Shown in pieces: positions 1-8,561 of a stretch of DNA of 64,000 nt. The position numbers and the translations under genes are program-made. This DNA is from Acidobacteriota bacterium (GTDB lineage Bacteria; Acidobacteriota; Terriglobia; Bryobacterales; Bryobacteraceae). The stretch is from the NCBI GenBank assembly GCA_018268715.1, contig JAFDVZ010000034.1, positions 18,057-82,056 on the forward strand. The letters run 5' to 3'. Numbering within the stretch: the first letter of the stretch is position 1; every line of letters starts with the position of its first letter. Below the pieces are notes generated by a model. The model was not told the origin of the DNA. It searched no databases and saw only the letters and a list, made by a program, of their open reading frames with translations.

Positions 1-1811
1 TGGGGCCCGCAGTATTCGGCGGCCAGGGTCACGCCGGCAATCTCGACGCTTGCCGCCGCCAGGCTGTTTCTGCCCCGCAGCCCGGTCCCGTACAGCACCA
101 GCCACAACCGGTCCCCCTCGCCGCCGAAGTCAATCGGCGCGGCCGCCACGGCGCCGGAATCGTCCACCCGGAACACCGCTTCGGAGGTCGTCGCTCCCGC
201 CTCGCTCAACCGCACCAACGAGGCGGCGGCTAGTCCGGCGGCGTTCAGCATGAACACCCCCGGCGAAACGTCCGCCACCGTCACCTTGGCGCGGGCGTCT
301 TCCTGGTTCTCCCGTCGCACCACCACCTCCGCCTCCCCTCGCTCCACTTCGGCGGGCACAAGCACGTTCAGTTGGCCGGGGTCGGCGTATAAGACGTTCG
401 CTTCTCTCTCCCCGCCCACCCCGCGAACAAGCACAGCCGGACTAGCGGACTTGCCCCCCAGGTCCGCGCCCGTAATCGTGGCCAACGATCCCGGAGCGAT
501 CGGCCCCGCCCGGAACGACGCGGCATTGGCGACGCCGGAGTCCTCAATTCTCGGGCCATAGTATTGCGGAAACAGGTCCACGTCGGGCCATTCCGTCACC
601 TGGGAGAGAATCTGGTAGGCCGAGTTGCCGATATCCGAACTGAGGCTCGTCTGGTCCTTGCTGTCCCCATTGAACAGGAACACGTAACACAGTCCCGTCG
701 CGAAGCGCCAGAAATAGCTCCGTGTCCCCGGATAACTCCCGCCGTGATCCCACGTGAGTCCGCCCAGTTGAGGAGTTACGAAAAGGCCGAACCCGTACCA
801 GCCCACCGAATCCACCCATGTGCTCCGCGGCGTCTCGGCCACCATCGCCTGCCAACTGGCTGCGCTGACGCTCCGCCGCGGCCGCGCCCCGTCCAGCAGC
901 GCCGTAAACTTCGCCATATCCACCACCGAACCCACCCAGCCGCCGTCGGCGTCGTGCAGGTCGAAACTCGCCACGCCGTAGGGCGCCGCTACTTTCTCGC
1001 GCAGGGGCGAAGCGTAGGACTGGATCATCGGCGCGCCGGGATAGTCGTAATACTTCACCTCTCCCGGCAACCGCCCGGCCAGCGTCGGCTTGCCCTGCTG
1101 GACCTGAGTCAAACCCATCGGCGCCAGGACCTGCGCGCGAACGTAGTCCTCATACGACATGCCGCTGACTTTCTCAATCACCCGTCCCAACAGCATGTAA
1201 CCGAAGTTAGAATATGCAAACCGTGATCCAGGCTCGAAATCGAGCCTCTGCGCGAGCATGTAACGAATCACCGCCTCGCGTGTCGGCGGGAAGCCCGACC
1301 CGGTGGCTTTGGCGATCTCCACCGTGCGGTCTCCGGTGACGGGATCTCCGCTGATGGCGCGGTCCCACCCCCCGGTGTGATGGAGCAGTTGCCGGACGGT
1401 AATCGAATTGAGTCGGCTATCGCCCCAGCGGCCGTTATACGGGGCGAACTGATTGAGGACGCTCCACACCGGCGCGTCGAGGGAGAGTTTGCCGCTTTCG
1501 GCCAGCCGGACGACGGCGGTGGCGGTCAGCGTCTTACTGACGCTCGCCCAACGAAAGCGGGACTCGGGAAGCACGGCCTCCCGCGCCTCGGCGTCGGCCA
1601 GGCCATAACCGCGAGCAAACACCAACCGCCCGTCCTTCACCACTGCCATCGCGCCGCCCTGCACGCTATATCGGGTGAGCGTCCGCTGCATGAAGTCATC
1701 CAGCGCGGCCAATTCCGGCGAAGGCGCGCCGGTCTGCGCGGCCGCGGCGCCGGCGACAAGCGTCAGCGCGGCGAACACACGTAGGGCCAACGCACGATTC
1801 CGGGGTTCCAT
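1..1811 (-). CDS. Serine hydrolase (class C beta-lactamase/PBP-like) fused to a Solibacter-type C-terminal TIG-like domain; C-terminus lies outside the window
   Basis: Absent from the ORF track because there is no stop inside the window. Minus-strand ATG at 1811. Signal-like N-terminus MEPRNRALALRVFAALTLVAGAAAAQ. S-x-x-K (ASVSK), Y-x-N (YSNFGY) and HHTGGW motifs. From about nt 560 downward the same frame reads NAASFRAGPIAPGSLATITGADLGG..LYADPGQLNVLVP..PGVFMLN..LVLYGTGLRG..AGVTLAAEYCGP, the pattern I recall for TIGR03437 (Solibacter C-terminal domain). The + ORFs 564-1226 and 1377-1784 are antisense shadows. Confidence 0.75.
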   Translation of the reverse strand, partial: MEPRNRALALRVFAALTLVAGAAAAQTGAPSPELAALDDFMQRTLTRYSVQGGAMAVVKDGRLVFARGYGLADAEAREAVLPESRFRWASVSKTLTATAVVRLAESGKLSLDAPVWSVLNQFAPYNGRWGDSRLNSITVRQLLHHTGGWDRAISGDPVTGDRTVEIAKATGSGFPPTREAVIRYMLAQRLDFEPGSRFAYSNFGYMLLGRVIEKVSGMSYEDYVRAQVLAPMGLTQVQQGKPTLAGRLPGEVKYYDYPGAPMIQSYASPLREKVAAPYGVASFDLHDADGGWVGSVVDMAKFTALLDGARPRRSVSAASWQAMVAETPRSTWVDSVGWYGFGLFVTPQLGGLTWDHGGSYPGTRSYFWRFATGLCYVFLFNGDSKDQTSLSSDIGNSAYQILSQVTEWPDVDLFPQYYGPRIEDSGVANAASFRAGPIAPGSLATITGADLGGKSASPAVLVRGVGGEREANVLYADPGQLNVLVPAEVERGEAEVVVRRENQEDARAKVTVADVSPGVFMLNAAGLAAASLVRLSEAGATTSEAVFRVDDSGAVAAAPIDFGGEGDRLWLVLYGTGLRGRNSLAAASVEIAGVTLAAEYCGP

Positions 1812-2038
1812 ACCTTAAACTACAACACACCTCCGCTTCCGCCCGCCCGCGTTCCCCGTGAGGCGTCCCCCACTGGCGGCCGCGGCGACGCGGCAGGCAG
1901 ACGAACCGTCGAATCGTTGTCAACCCGGGTCTGATTAGATTGTGAGTGGTGGATTGCCGGCGTTCCCGCGAACACGCGTGTCAGATGGCTCTGACCGGAA
2001 GCTGTGTGAAAACTAACATTCCCCACCGGAAGCCGGGA

Positions 2039-2063
2039 GGAAGGCGGCGTAACGCCGCCTTCC
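2039..2063 (-). terminator. GC-rich hairpin downstream of the 2085-3338 gene (putative terminator)
   Basis: Perfect 11-bp stem GGAAGGCGGCG-taa-CGCCGCCTTCC, 21 nt past the stop codon. There is no clear U-tract, so terminator function is inferred only. Confidence 0.4.
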
Positions 2064-2084
2064 ATGGGTCCCGGTCGGTGAGGT

Positions 2085-3338
2085 CTACTGCCCGATGCTT
2101 CCGCGAGCGCCGGACTGGCACGACTTGCAGATGCCCGTGACATTGCTGCCCAGGATCTTAACGTATTGGCAGTAAGTGGCCAACTTGGACAACTCGGCCG
2201 TAGACAACTCCGCCCGTGAGAACGTCGTTTCCGTAACGGCGCTGACCGAAGTTACCGGACTGCCTTGGAACGTGACGCTCCGGAGATTGGTGCCCCAGGC
2301 AATACCGCCGCCCGCCAGATTCGACACCGTGGCCTTGGTGGGATCACAAGGGCCACCGCTGTTCTGGGCCGACTTGAGCGTAAAGAGCACCTTCACCGTG
2401 ATGGCGCTCGAAGGATTGGCGATCAGATTTTGGGCCAGGATGTCCTCGGTGATGTTCATCGAGGACAGGCCATTGGGCGTCACGGGGCAGGAGCAGCACG
2501 CCTGCATCTCTTCGTTCGGATCGAACGAGTAGATGTTCGCGCAAATCGTCCCGGCGGAATCGTCGGAAACCTGCCCGGTGCTCATCGTGCCGGCGTTGGA
2601 GAGGATGATGTTGCCGGAGCCGTAGTTGGTGTTGAAGTATTTCAACTGGAAAGCGTCGGCCGGAACCAGGAACGGCTCGAAGTTCACAGCGGACTGCGTG
2701 TTGTTCTTCAGTTTGATCTGCAGTCCGTCCACCTTGCCCGTAAACCCGGCGGCCCAAGCGCTGCCAGTCTGAATCGAGAAGTACAGAATCTGTTGGCCGG
2801 CGTATGGAACGTTGTCGAGACTGTTGCCGGATACAAAGGTCGCGAACCCAGGGTCGTTATAGGCGCCGAAGTACCCGTTGGTGGACTCGAAGAAGCGGAG
2901 CGTGTTGCTCGGCCCTCCGGTCGACCACTGGTTCCACGCATTCGGCGTTTCCGACAGGTTCATCGAGAAGTACGGCTCCGAACCGATGCGAGCGCCATAC
3001 CAGCGAGGATTGCCGGGATAGGGTTTGGTGTAGATTACTAGAAACCAGTCGCGCGGATCAGCCGTGTGTGTCGCATTCTTGTTGGTCCAGTAGCTAATGC
3101 TCGCGATGTCCCCCAGCGTGACTGCGTGCCCGAACAGGCTCTCTGGAGTAAAGTACATGTCTGTCTTCCCGACCCCGTCTGAAGCCAGGCTTCCAACCGG
3201 GAATCCAGGCGCGGGATCAACCACGCCAACGACGTGATTGGAATCGTACACCGTCGATGTTGGTGTGACGACGGTAACCTGCGCACTGGTAGTCGCAATG
3301 AGAACTGCAAACATCATTATTGTAGTAGTGAGTCGCAT
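2085..3338 (-). CDS. Secreted hypothetical protein with a Cys-rich C-terminal half
   Basis: 417-aa ORF with signal peptide MRLTTTIMMFAVLIATTSAQ. Ten Cys are clustered in the last ~170 aa (TICANIY, ACCSCPV, GGPCDP, YCQYV, GICKSCQ). I recognise no family. By eye its GC is lower than its neighbours. Confidence 0.7.
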   Translation of the reverse strand: MRLTTTIMMFAVLIATTSAQVTVVTPTSTVYDSNHVVGVVDPAPGFPVGSLASDGVGKTDMYFTPESLFGHAVTLGDIASISYWTNKNATHTADPRDWFLVIYTKPYPGNPRWYGARIGSEPYFSMNLSETPNAWNQWSTGGPSNTLRFFESTNGYFGAYNDPGFATFVSGNSLDNVPYAGQQILYFSIQTGSAWAAGFTGKVDGLQIKLKNNTQSAVNFEPFLVPADAFQLKYFNTNYGSGNIILSNAGTMSTGQVSDDSAGTICANIYSFDPNEEMQACCSCPVTPNGLSSMNITEDILAQNLIANPSSAITVKVLFTLKSAQNSGGPCDPTKATVSNLAGGGIAWGTNLRSVTFQGSPVTSVSAVTETTFSRAELSTAELSKLATYCQYVKILGSNVTGICKSCQSGARGSIGQ

Positions 3339-4213
3339 ACGTGGTTCCCTTCTCGTCCTGCCACATCCTGGGAACGGTCAGACTTCCCATGATGTTACGG
3401 TACAACTCGTTACGATTTACAGATCCATGCCAAGTCGGTAGATCTCGGCATGACGGCAAATCGGCGATTGAATCATGTAAAGATAAAGTCTACACCTGAT
3501 TGCGGTCGACTGACGCATTGAAATGAGTACTGCCTTGGCTAGTGTCCTAAGCGGGGAGTCGGCTGGATAAGATGGACGTAGTCGAATACCTGGGCATGTC
3601 GATCGGGAAACCCACCAAACCCCTGACAACTAAGAGAGGAACGGCGCACGCTAACGTCTCTCGCGATGCCGCCCAGCTCGTGGTGTTAATCGCTTGTGGG
3701 TGTCAGAATCGCGCGGCAATTAACGGTGACACATGCGACCGCCCGCAACTGGCGCGAACGTCTTGCTGGATGAAAAGAGTCAGCAGCGAGCGTTGAACCT
3801 GATTGAACCCACCAGACTTCCTGCCTCCGACGACAGGCGTCGATAACCACCGACCCGCCAGCTCGATGGCGGCGAGCAGGCTGGTTAGCGCCGTGCCGCT
3901 CACGATCGTGTTATTACCTTGCCGGACCGTCTGCAGCGAGCGTGCGACGAGGAAGCAACACCACGGTTCGTGCTCTCGAAATAGGGATGCCTGATCACCC
4001 GGACCGGCGCCATCCAGAGTCCGGCGCCCTTCGCCTGGACCGCCGGCGCTTCAACTCCCGGCAAGGTCCCAGGCCGTTGAAAACGAATTCCTCACTCACG
4101 ACAACCTGCGACAAGTAGCAAACCGCAGGCTCCGCTCGCCGCTCAGCCATCTGAAGTGGAAACCGATTGCATCAACAAGGGCGGGCGCGAAACAGGAGCC
4201 ATCCGGCAAACCG

Positions 4214-4237
4214 AGACCATCCGACCGCGGATGGTCT
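4214..4237 (-). terminator. Putative intrinsic terminator of the TonB-dependent barrel gene
   Basis: Perfect 10-bp stem AGACCATCCG-accg-CGGATGGTCT about 20 nt after the stop at 4259. On the mRNA strand it is followed by CGGUUUGCC. Confidence 0.5.
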
Positions 4238-4258
4238 TCGGCGCCGCATTTAACAAAC

Positions 4259-7200
4259 TCAGAACTGGAACCGTAGCTGAAACTCCACCTTGCGGTTCCC
4301 GGCCGCGCTGCCGCCGCCGAAACCGCCCGGCCCGCCGCCGCTCAGCGAGGTCGACTCGCCAAAGAACGGGGACGACAGCACCCCATTCGGAGCTCCGTAA
4401 TTCACATGATTGAACAGGTTCCGCGCCGACGCCGTGAAGGTCAGGTTATACCGCTTGCCCGTACTCCCCCCGCCGAAACCGCCGAAGCCGCCCATCCCAC
4501 CGGCAAACCCGCCGCCTCCGCGCCCCCCACGAGGCCCGCCGCCGCCCGGCCCGCCGGGACCGCCCATTCCGCGGCCCGAGTCCATTGAACCGGAGCCCTT
4601 CTTCTCGCCCCAACCCCACGTGCGGCTCAACCGCATATTCACCGAGAACTGGCCGGGCCCCTCGCCATAGTTATAGGGAATCAGGGTCTCGCCGCTCACC
4701 GGATTGATGTTGAAGTTGCCCCACGGCGTTGCATAGACGCTCTTCGCATTCGACGCGCTCGTCGCAAACGTCGGCCGTGCGTTGAAGATTCCGGAGCCGT
4801 TGAACGCCCCACCCGTCGTAATATTGAACGGCGCGCCCGAACTCATCGTGATGAACGGCGCCGCCACCCACTTGAACGGAAGCCCGACGCTGCCGCCGAT
4901 AAAGGCCCGCTGTCGGATATCGTAGTTCGAGCGTCCCCAGTCCTGGTCCGCGTTGTACTGGTCCATCGGGAAGCCGTTGGCGTTGCTGTGCGCCTGCCCG
5001 TACACATAGTAGCCCTGCAACTGAAGATGGCTGCTCAGCCGGTTGCTCACGTTCATAATCAACTGCGTCTGCTTGAACATCCCGCTCGACTCAAACAGAT
5101 AAATGTCATTGTCCGTCGAATACGGCCGCACTCCGGTCCCCGGGCCCGTGTACGTGCCCGGCAGATAGGCGTTGATGTCCCGTGTGCGCAGGACATCCAG
5201 CCCCCGCGTCTGCACGAAATTCACCGAGAGCGACGTCTTCCATGGCAGCGTGCGGTCCACGCCCACGGCCGTCTGCATCATGTACGGCGCATGGAAATTC
5301 TTGTCCACTACATACAGCGCCTGGTTCTGCAGGTTCAGTAGCGAAACGGGCGGAGCCGCCGGAAAGTAGCCCAGCGCCGCCAGCGCTTGCGGAGTCGCTC
5401 CCGCGGTCCCGCTGTTGATCACGTAGTTGGCCTGGTTGACGCCATTGAACCGCAGCGCCAGCAGCGTATCGGACAAGTCGAAGCGATCGTAGAACACGCC
5501 CCATCCCGCGCGGATCACGGTCTTCGACGGACGGTTCGCCTTGGCCATGGGCGACCAGGCGATCGAAAGCCGGGGCGCGAAGTCGCGGTGGTCATGGATG
5601 TTGTTTTGCGTCTCGTACCGCAGCCCCGCGCTCACCGTCAGGTTCGGCCTCACCCGCCAGTCGTCCTGCACGAACAGTCCCAGGTCCAACTGGCGCACCG
5701 ACTGTTCCGGTATGCCCCCGCTCAGCGTGAACTGCGTCGGCCCGCAACCGGAGGCGAGAATCGCGCTCATCGGCATCCCTTGCGCAAGCAGAATCTCCGT
5801 CTGCCGGTACAGGTCGAGCGAAGTCGGATTCCCGATTCCGCTCAGGCAGGCCGCCGAGGCGGACGGCGTCCCGAACGTGTAACTCCCGTTGAAGTTCGAC
5901 GTCGATCGGCTGTCCAGGTCGCTCTGCCTCAGCCTGCCGCCGGCCTTGATCGTATGCGCGCCGTGAGTGAGCGTCAGAATGTTCTGCAGCTCATACGATC
6001 TCGTGTGCGTGAAATTCGACGACATCGGCGAGCCGCCCGAGTTGAACGAACTGGCCACGTTGATTCCGGGAATCGAGGAGTCGCCCGTCCCCGCCTGATT
6101 GGTGTGGTTGTCGCCGAACTGGAACCGCGTCTCGTCGATCGCCTTCGTGCCCAGAATCGCCGTCTCGGTGATCTGCGCCACGTTATTCTTCGTGTGAGCC
6201 ACCGTTTCCTGGCTAGGCAGGTTAAACTGCCCCACGCCGCCGGTGTTCGAGTTATCCGAGTGGGAATATCTCATCACCAGCGTGTTCGTCGCGTTTAGCT
6301 GATAGTCCAGTCTCGGGGCGATCGTCCAAAGATGTTGCGGCGTGGGATAGGACCCGTTATAGGCGACTTCGTTGAAACTCGAATCGAGCGTCCTGGCGTT
6401 AATCAGCGCCCCCTGGTTGATGTCCCTCCGGAAGAAGTCGATAAAGAAGGACGATTTCTTGGTCAGCGGCCCGCCGAAATTGCCCGTGAAGAACTTCGAC
6501 GAGTAACCCGGCTGATCCGATGTCAGCAGCGGATTGCGCGTGTCAAAGATACGATCGCCGACATTCAGGAACACCGTGCCGTGGTAGTTATCCGTCCCCG
6601 GCTTCGTGAGGATCTCGATGCGTCCGAAGCCCGGCCGGTCGTACTCCGGCGCGAAGGGATTCGAGTTGATCCGGATCTCGCGGATGGAGCTCTTGGGCGG
6701 CAGTTGCCCGCCGCTGAAACCGTCCACGAAGAACTGCGCCCCGTTCGGACCCGCCGAAGGACCGGCCAGCGCCTCCAGATCGGACTGCAAGTCGTCGGGA
6801 TCGTCGGGCAACTCCTCCAGGTCCTCCTTCTTCAACACGATCGCCCCCAGATTCGCCGAAGGATCCACTGAGGCCTGCGCCCCGCCGTCCGCCGTCACAT
6901 TCACCTGCTGCGCTTCCGCCGCGATCTCGAGCGAAATATCCAGGGTGGTGGGTTGCCCCGCCGTGATGGCGACATCGGCTCGATTGAACGGCGCGAAACC
7001 CGCTGCCTGCGCCTGTACCTGATAAGCGCCCGGGGGCAGGTTCACCGTGTACCGGCCCTGCGAGTCCGTCTTTACCTGGCGCGCTGCGGCGCCGCCCGTA
7101 ACCTTGATGTTGACGCCGGGAACCACCGCCGATGACGGGTCCGTCACCTGCCCTCTGAGAACGGCCTGTGCATTGGCTGAGACCGCCGCGGCCAAAAAGG

Positions 7201-7291
7201 CCACGACCGGCGGGAGCATTCGAAGCGCGCGCGATCGCGAACGCGATATGCGATGAAACAACGGTAGGCTGAAGCTTGCTGAATAGGTCAC
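4259..7291 (-). CDS. TonB-dependent receptor-like outer-membrane beta-barrel with N-terminal CarboxypepD_reg-like domain
   Basis: 1010-aa ORF. Signal peptide MLPPVVAFLAAAVSANAQA (the ATG at 7219 may be the true start). N-terminal beta-sandwich LRGQVTDPSSAVVPGVNIKVTG..GRYTVNLPPGAYQV, long barrel body, and terminal aromatic ...FQLRFQF. This architecture is typical of Acidobacteria. Confidence 0.85.
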   Translation of the reverse strand: MTYSASFSLPLFHRISRSRSRALRMLPPVVAFLAAAVSANAQAVLRGQVTDPSSAVVPGVNIKVTGGAAARQVKTDSQGRYTVNLPPGAYQVQAQAAGFAPFNRADVAITAGQPTTLDISLEIAAEAQQVNVTADGGAQASVDPSANLGAIVLKKEDLEELPDDPDDLQSDLEALAGPSAGPNGAQFFVDGFSGGQLPPKSSIREIRINSNPFAPEYDRPGFGRIEILTKPGTDNYHGTVFLNVGDRIFDTRNPLLTSDQPGYSSKFFTGNFGGPLTKKSSFFIDFFRRDINQGALINARTLDSSFNEVAYNGSYPTPQHLWTIAPRLDYQLNATNTLVMRYSHSDNSNTGGVGQFNLPSQETVAHTKNNVAQITETAILGTKAIDETRFQFGDNHTNQAGTGDSSIPGINVASSFNSGGSPMSSNFTHTRSYELQNILTLTHGAHTIKAGGRLRQSDLDSRSTSNFNGSYTFGTPSASAACLSGIGNPTSLDLYRQTEILLAQGMPMSAILASGCGPTQFTLSGGIPEQSVRQLDLGLFVQDDWRVRPNLTVSAGLRYETQNNIHDHRDFAPRLSIAWSPMAKANRPSKTVIRAGWGVFYDRFDLSDTLLALRFNGVNQANYVINSGTAGATPQALAALGYFPAAPPVSLLNLQNQALYVVDKNFHAPYMMQTAVGVDRTLPWKTSLSVNFVQTRGLDVLRTRDINAYLPGTYTGPGTGVRPYSTDNDIYLFESSGMFKQTQLIMNVSNRLSSHLQLQGYYVYGQAHSNANGFPMDQYNADQDWGRSNYDIRQRAFIGGSVGLPFKWVAAPFITMSSGAPFNITTGGAFNGSGIFNARPTFATSASNAKSVYATPWGNFNINPVSGETLIPYNYGEGPGQFSVNMRLSRTWGWGEKKGSGSMDSGRGMGGPGGPGGGGPRGGRGGGGFAGGMGGFGGFGGGSTGKRYNLTFTASARNLFNHVNYGAPNGVLSSPFFGESTSLSGGGPGGFGGGSAAGNRKVEFQLRFQF

Positions 7292-7422
7292 AATTGCCTC
7301 TGAGTGTCCCCTAAAAGACGCAACAGGAATCGCGGCGTGTTACGGGAGTTACAAAAATTGACATTAGCCGCCGCTGTAACATTTATCCCCGCCCTCATCG
7401 TCAACAACTCCGTCAGGAGACA

Positions 7423-8112
7423 ATGATGCAGATGAACATCTCCGCTGCGGCGGGGTTAGCGGCGCTCTTTGCCGCCATATCGCCCGGACTCGCGCAGCAA
7501 TCGTCAACGGGCCAGTCGGACCTGTCCTATCCATCCCTCGGCAGGCGTTCGACGACCATCAATCACGACAACGCCCCGCCCTCCACGAACGGACGCGCGG
7601 CCTCCGCCGGAGAGTCGATTCATGGGGCGGGCGGCGGTACCGACGTGTTCGCCGCCTCGGAATGGGTGGACTCTGAATTTCTCGGTGAAACCCTGCAAGC
7701 CGCCTCCGTCGAGTTAGAACTCGGGCGCCTGGCCGGCGAAAAGAGTCAGAGGGAGGATGTTAAGAATCTGGCCCGGTCGGTAGTTATGGGACACACTCGC
7801 ATGACGGCGGCCCTTAAGTCCCTTGCCGAATCCCACAACCTGGCTGTCTCAATCGCGACGCCGCCGAGGCGAAGAGCGCGGATCGACGCCATAACTAAGT
7901 TGCAGGGTGCCGAGTTCGACCGTGCGTACCTACAACACCTGGTCTCTTACTACGAACGCGAACTGGGCCGGTTCGCCTTCGAGGAGAAGAACGGGAGCAT
8001 CACCGAATTGACGGCCTTGGCCGGAAGGGTGTCCCCGCGCCTCCAGCATCATCTTAGAGCGGCGAAGGAATGTCTTCGAACTCCGGCCGCGGCCGCCCAG
8101 CCGCGAAAGTAA
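7423..8112 (+). CDS. DUF4142-like secreted protein
   Basis: 229-aa ORF with signal peptide (AAGLAALFAAISPGLAQQ). Two helical repeats match the DUF4142 pattern (EFLGETLQAASVELELGRLAGEKSQ..VKNLARSVVMGHT; GAEFDRAYLQHLVSYYERELGRF). Confidence 0.7.
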   Translation: MMQMNISAAAGLAALFAAISPGLAQQSSTGQSDLSYPSLGRRSTTINHDNAPPSTNGRAASAGESIHGAGGGTDVFAASEWVDSEFLGETLQAASVELELGRLAGEKSQREDVKNLARSVVMGHTRMTAALKSLAESHNLAVSIATPPRRRARIDAITKLQGAEFDRAYLQHLVSYYERELGRFAFEEKNGSITELTALAGRVSPRLQHHLRAAKECLRTPAAAAQPRK

Positions 8113-8380
8113 CCTGCCCGCGGCGATTCGGCCACGCTCCCCTCGGTCATGTCGAGAAGACGACGGCGCCTGGCCCTTCGGTTACAGGCGCCTCCTCCGC
8201 TTCGCCGCGTCTTCTCCCCCGTTTCAGCCCCCCGATTTCTTCCATTCACACGAAATGGAGGCAAATATCTTCAATAAATCCAACAACATCCAAAATTAGA
8301 CGCCGTCCAGTTACTGACAGGCGCGGTAATCTGAAAGTGGAAGGAGGGGCTCAGCGCCCCCAAATCCCGTTGTGGCGCTA

Positions 8381-8553
8381 GACACCTTGATCAGGTGGCT
8401 AGTCGTGAAAATCGACGAACCCATAGGCGAGTTCGCCTGTTCCTCCAAGCAATTGAAAATACAGACGATTTTATTCCGAATGGCTCAACCGGACCGCCGG
8501 ATTTCAAAACGAACCCATAGCCGGCCTCAAAGCCACCAGACTGAAGTGTACAT
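8381..8553 (+). repeat. Copy A of a ~170-nt dispersed non-coding repeat (partner at 30686-30859, minus strand)
   Basis: Blocks shared with copy B at identical spacing: GACACC..GGTGG hairpin, GTGAAAATCGACGAA (8405-8419), 96 nt start-to-start to ATTTCAAAACGAACCCAT (8501-8518), then a 26-nt gap to AGTGTA (8545-8550). It lies in the convergent spacer between the DUF4142 gene and hutH. Confidence 0.6.
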
Positions 8554-8561
8554 TCCGCCGG

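Noticed and set aside
3703-3903. 66-aa minus ORF (..SGTALTSLLAAIELAGRWLSTPVVGG..) in the long non-coding stretch
   Set aside because: It might be a remnant of a decayed gene. However, neighbouring frames are broken by stops and I cannot assign a family, so it is reported only as context in the 2085-4258 finding.
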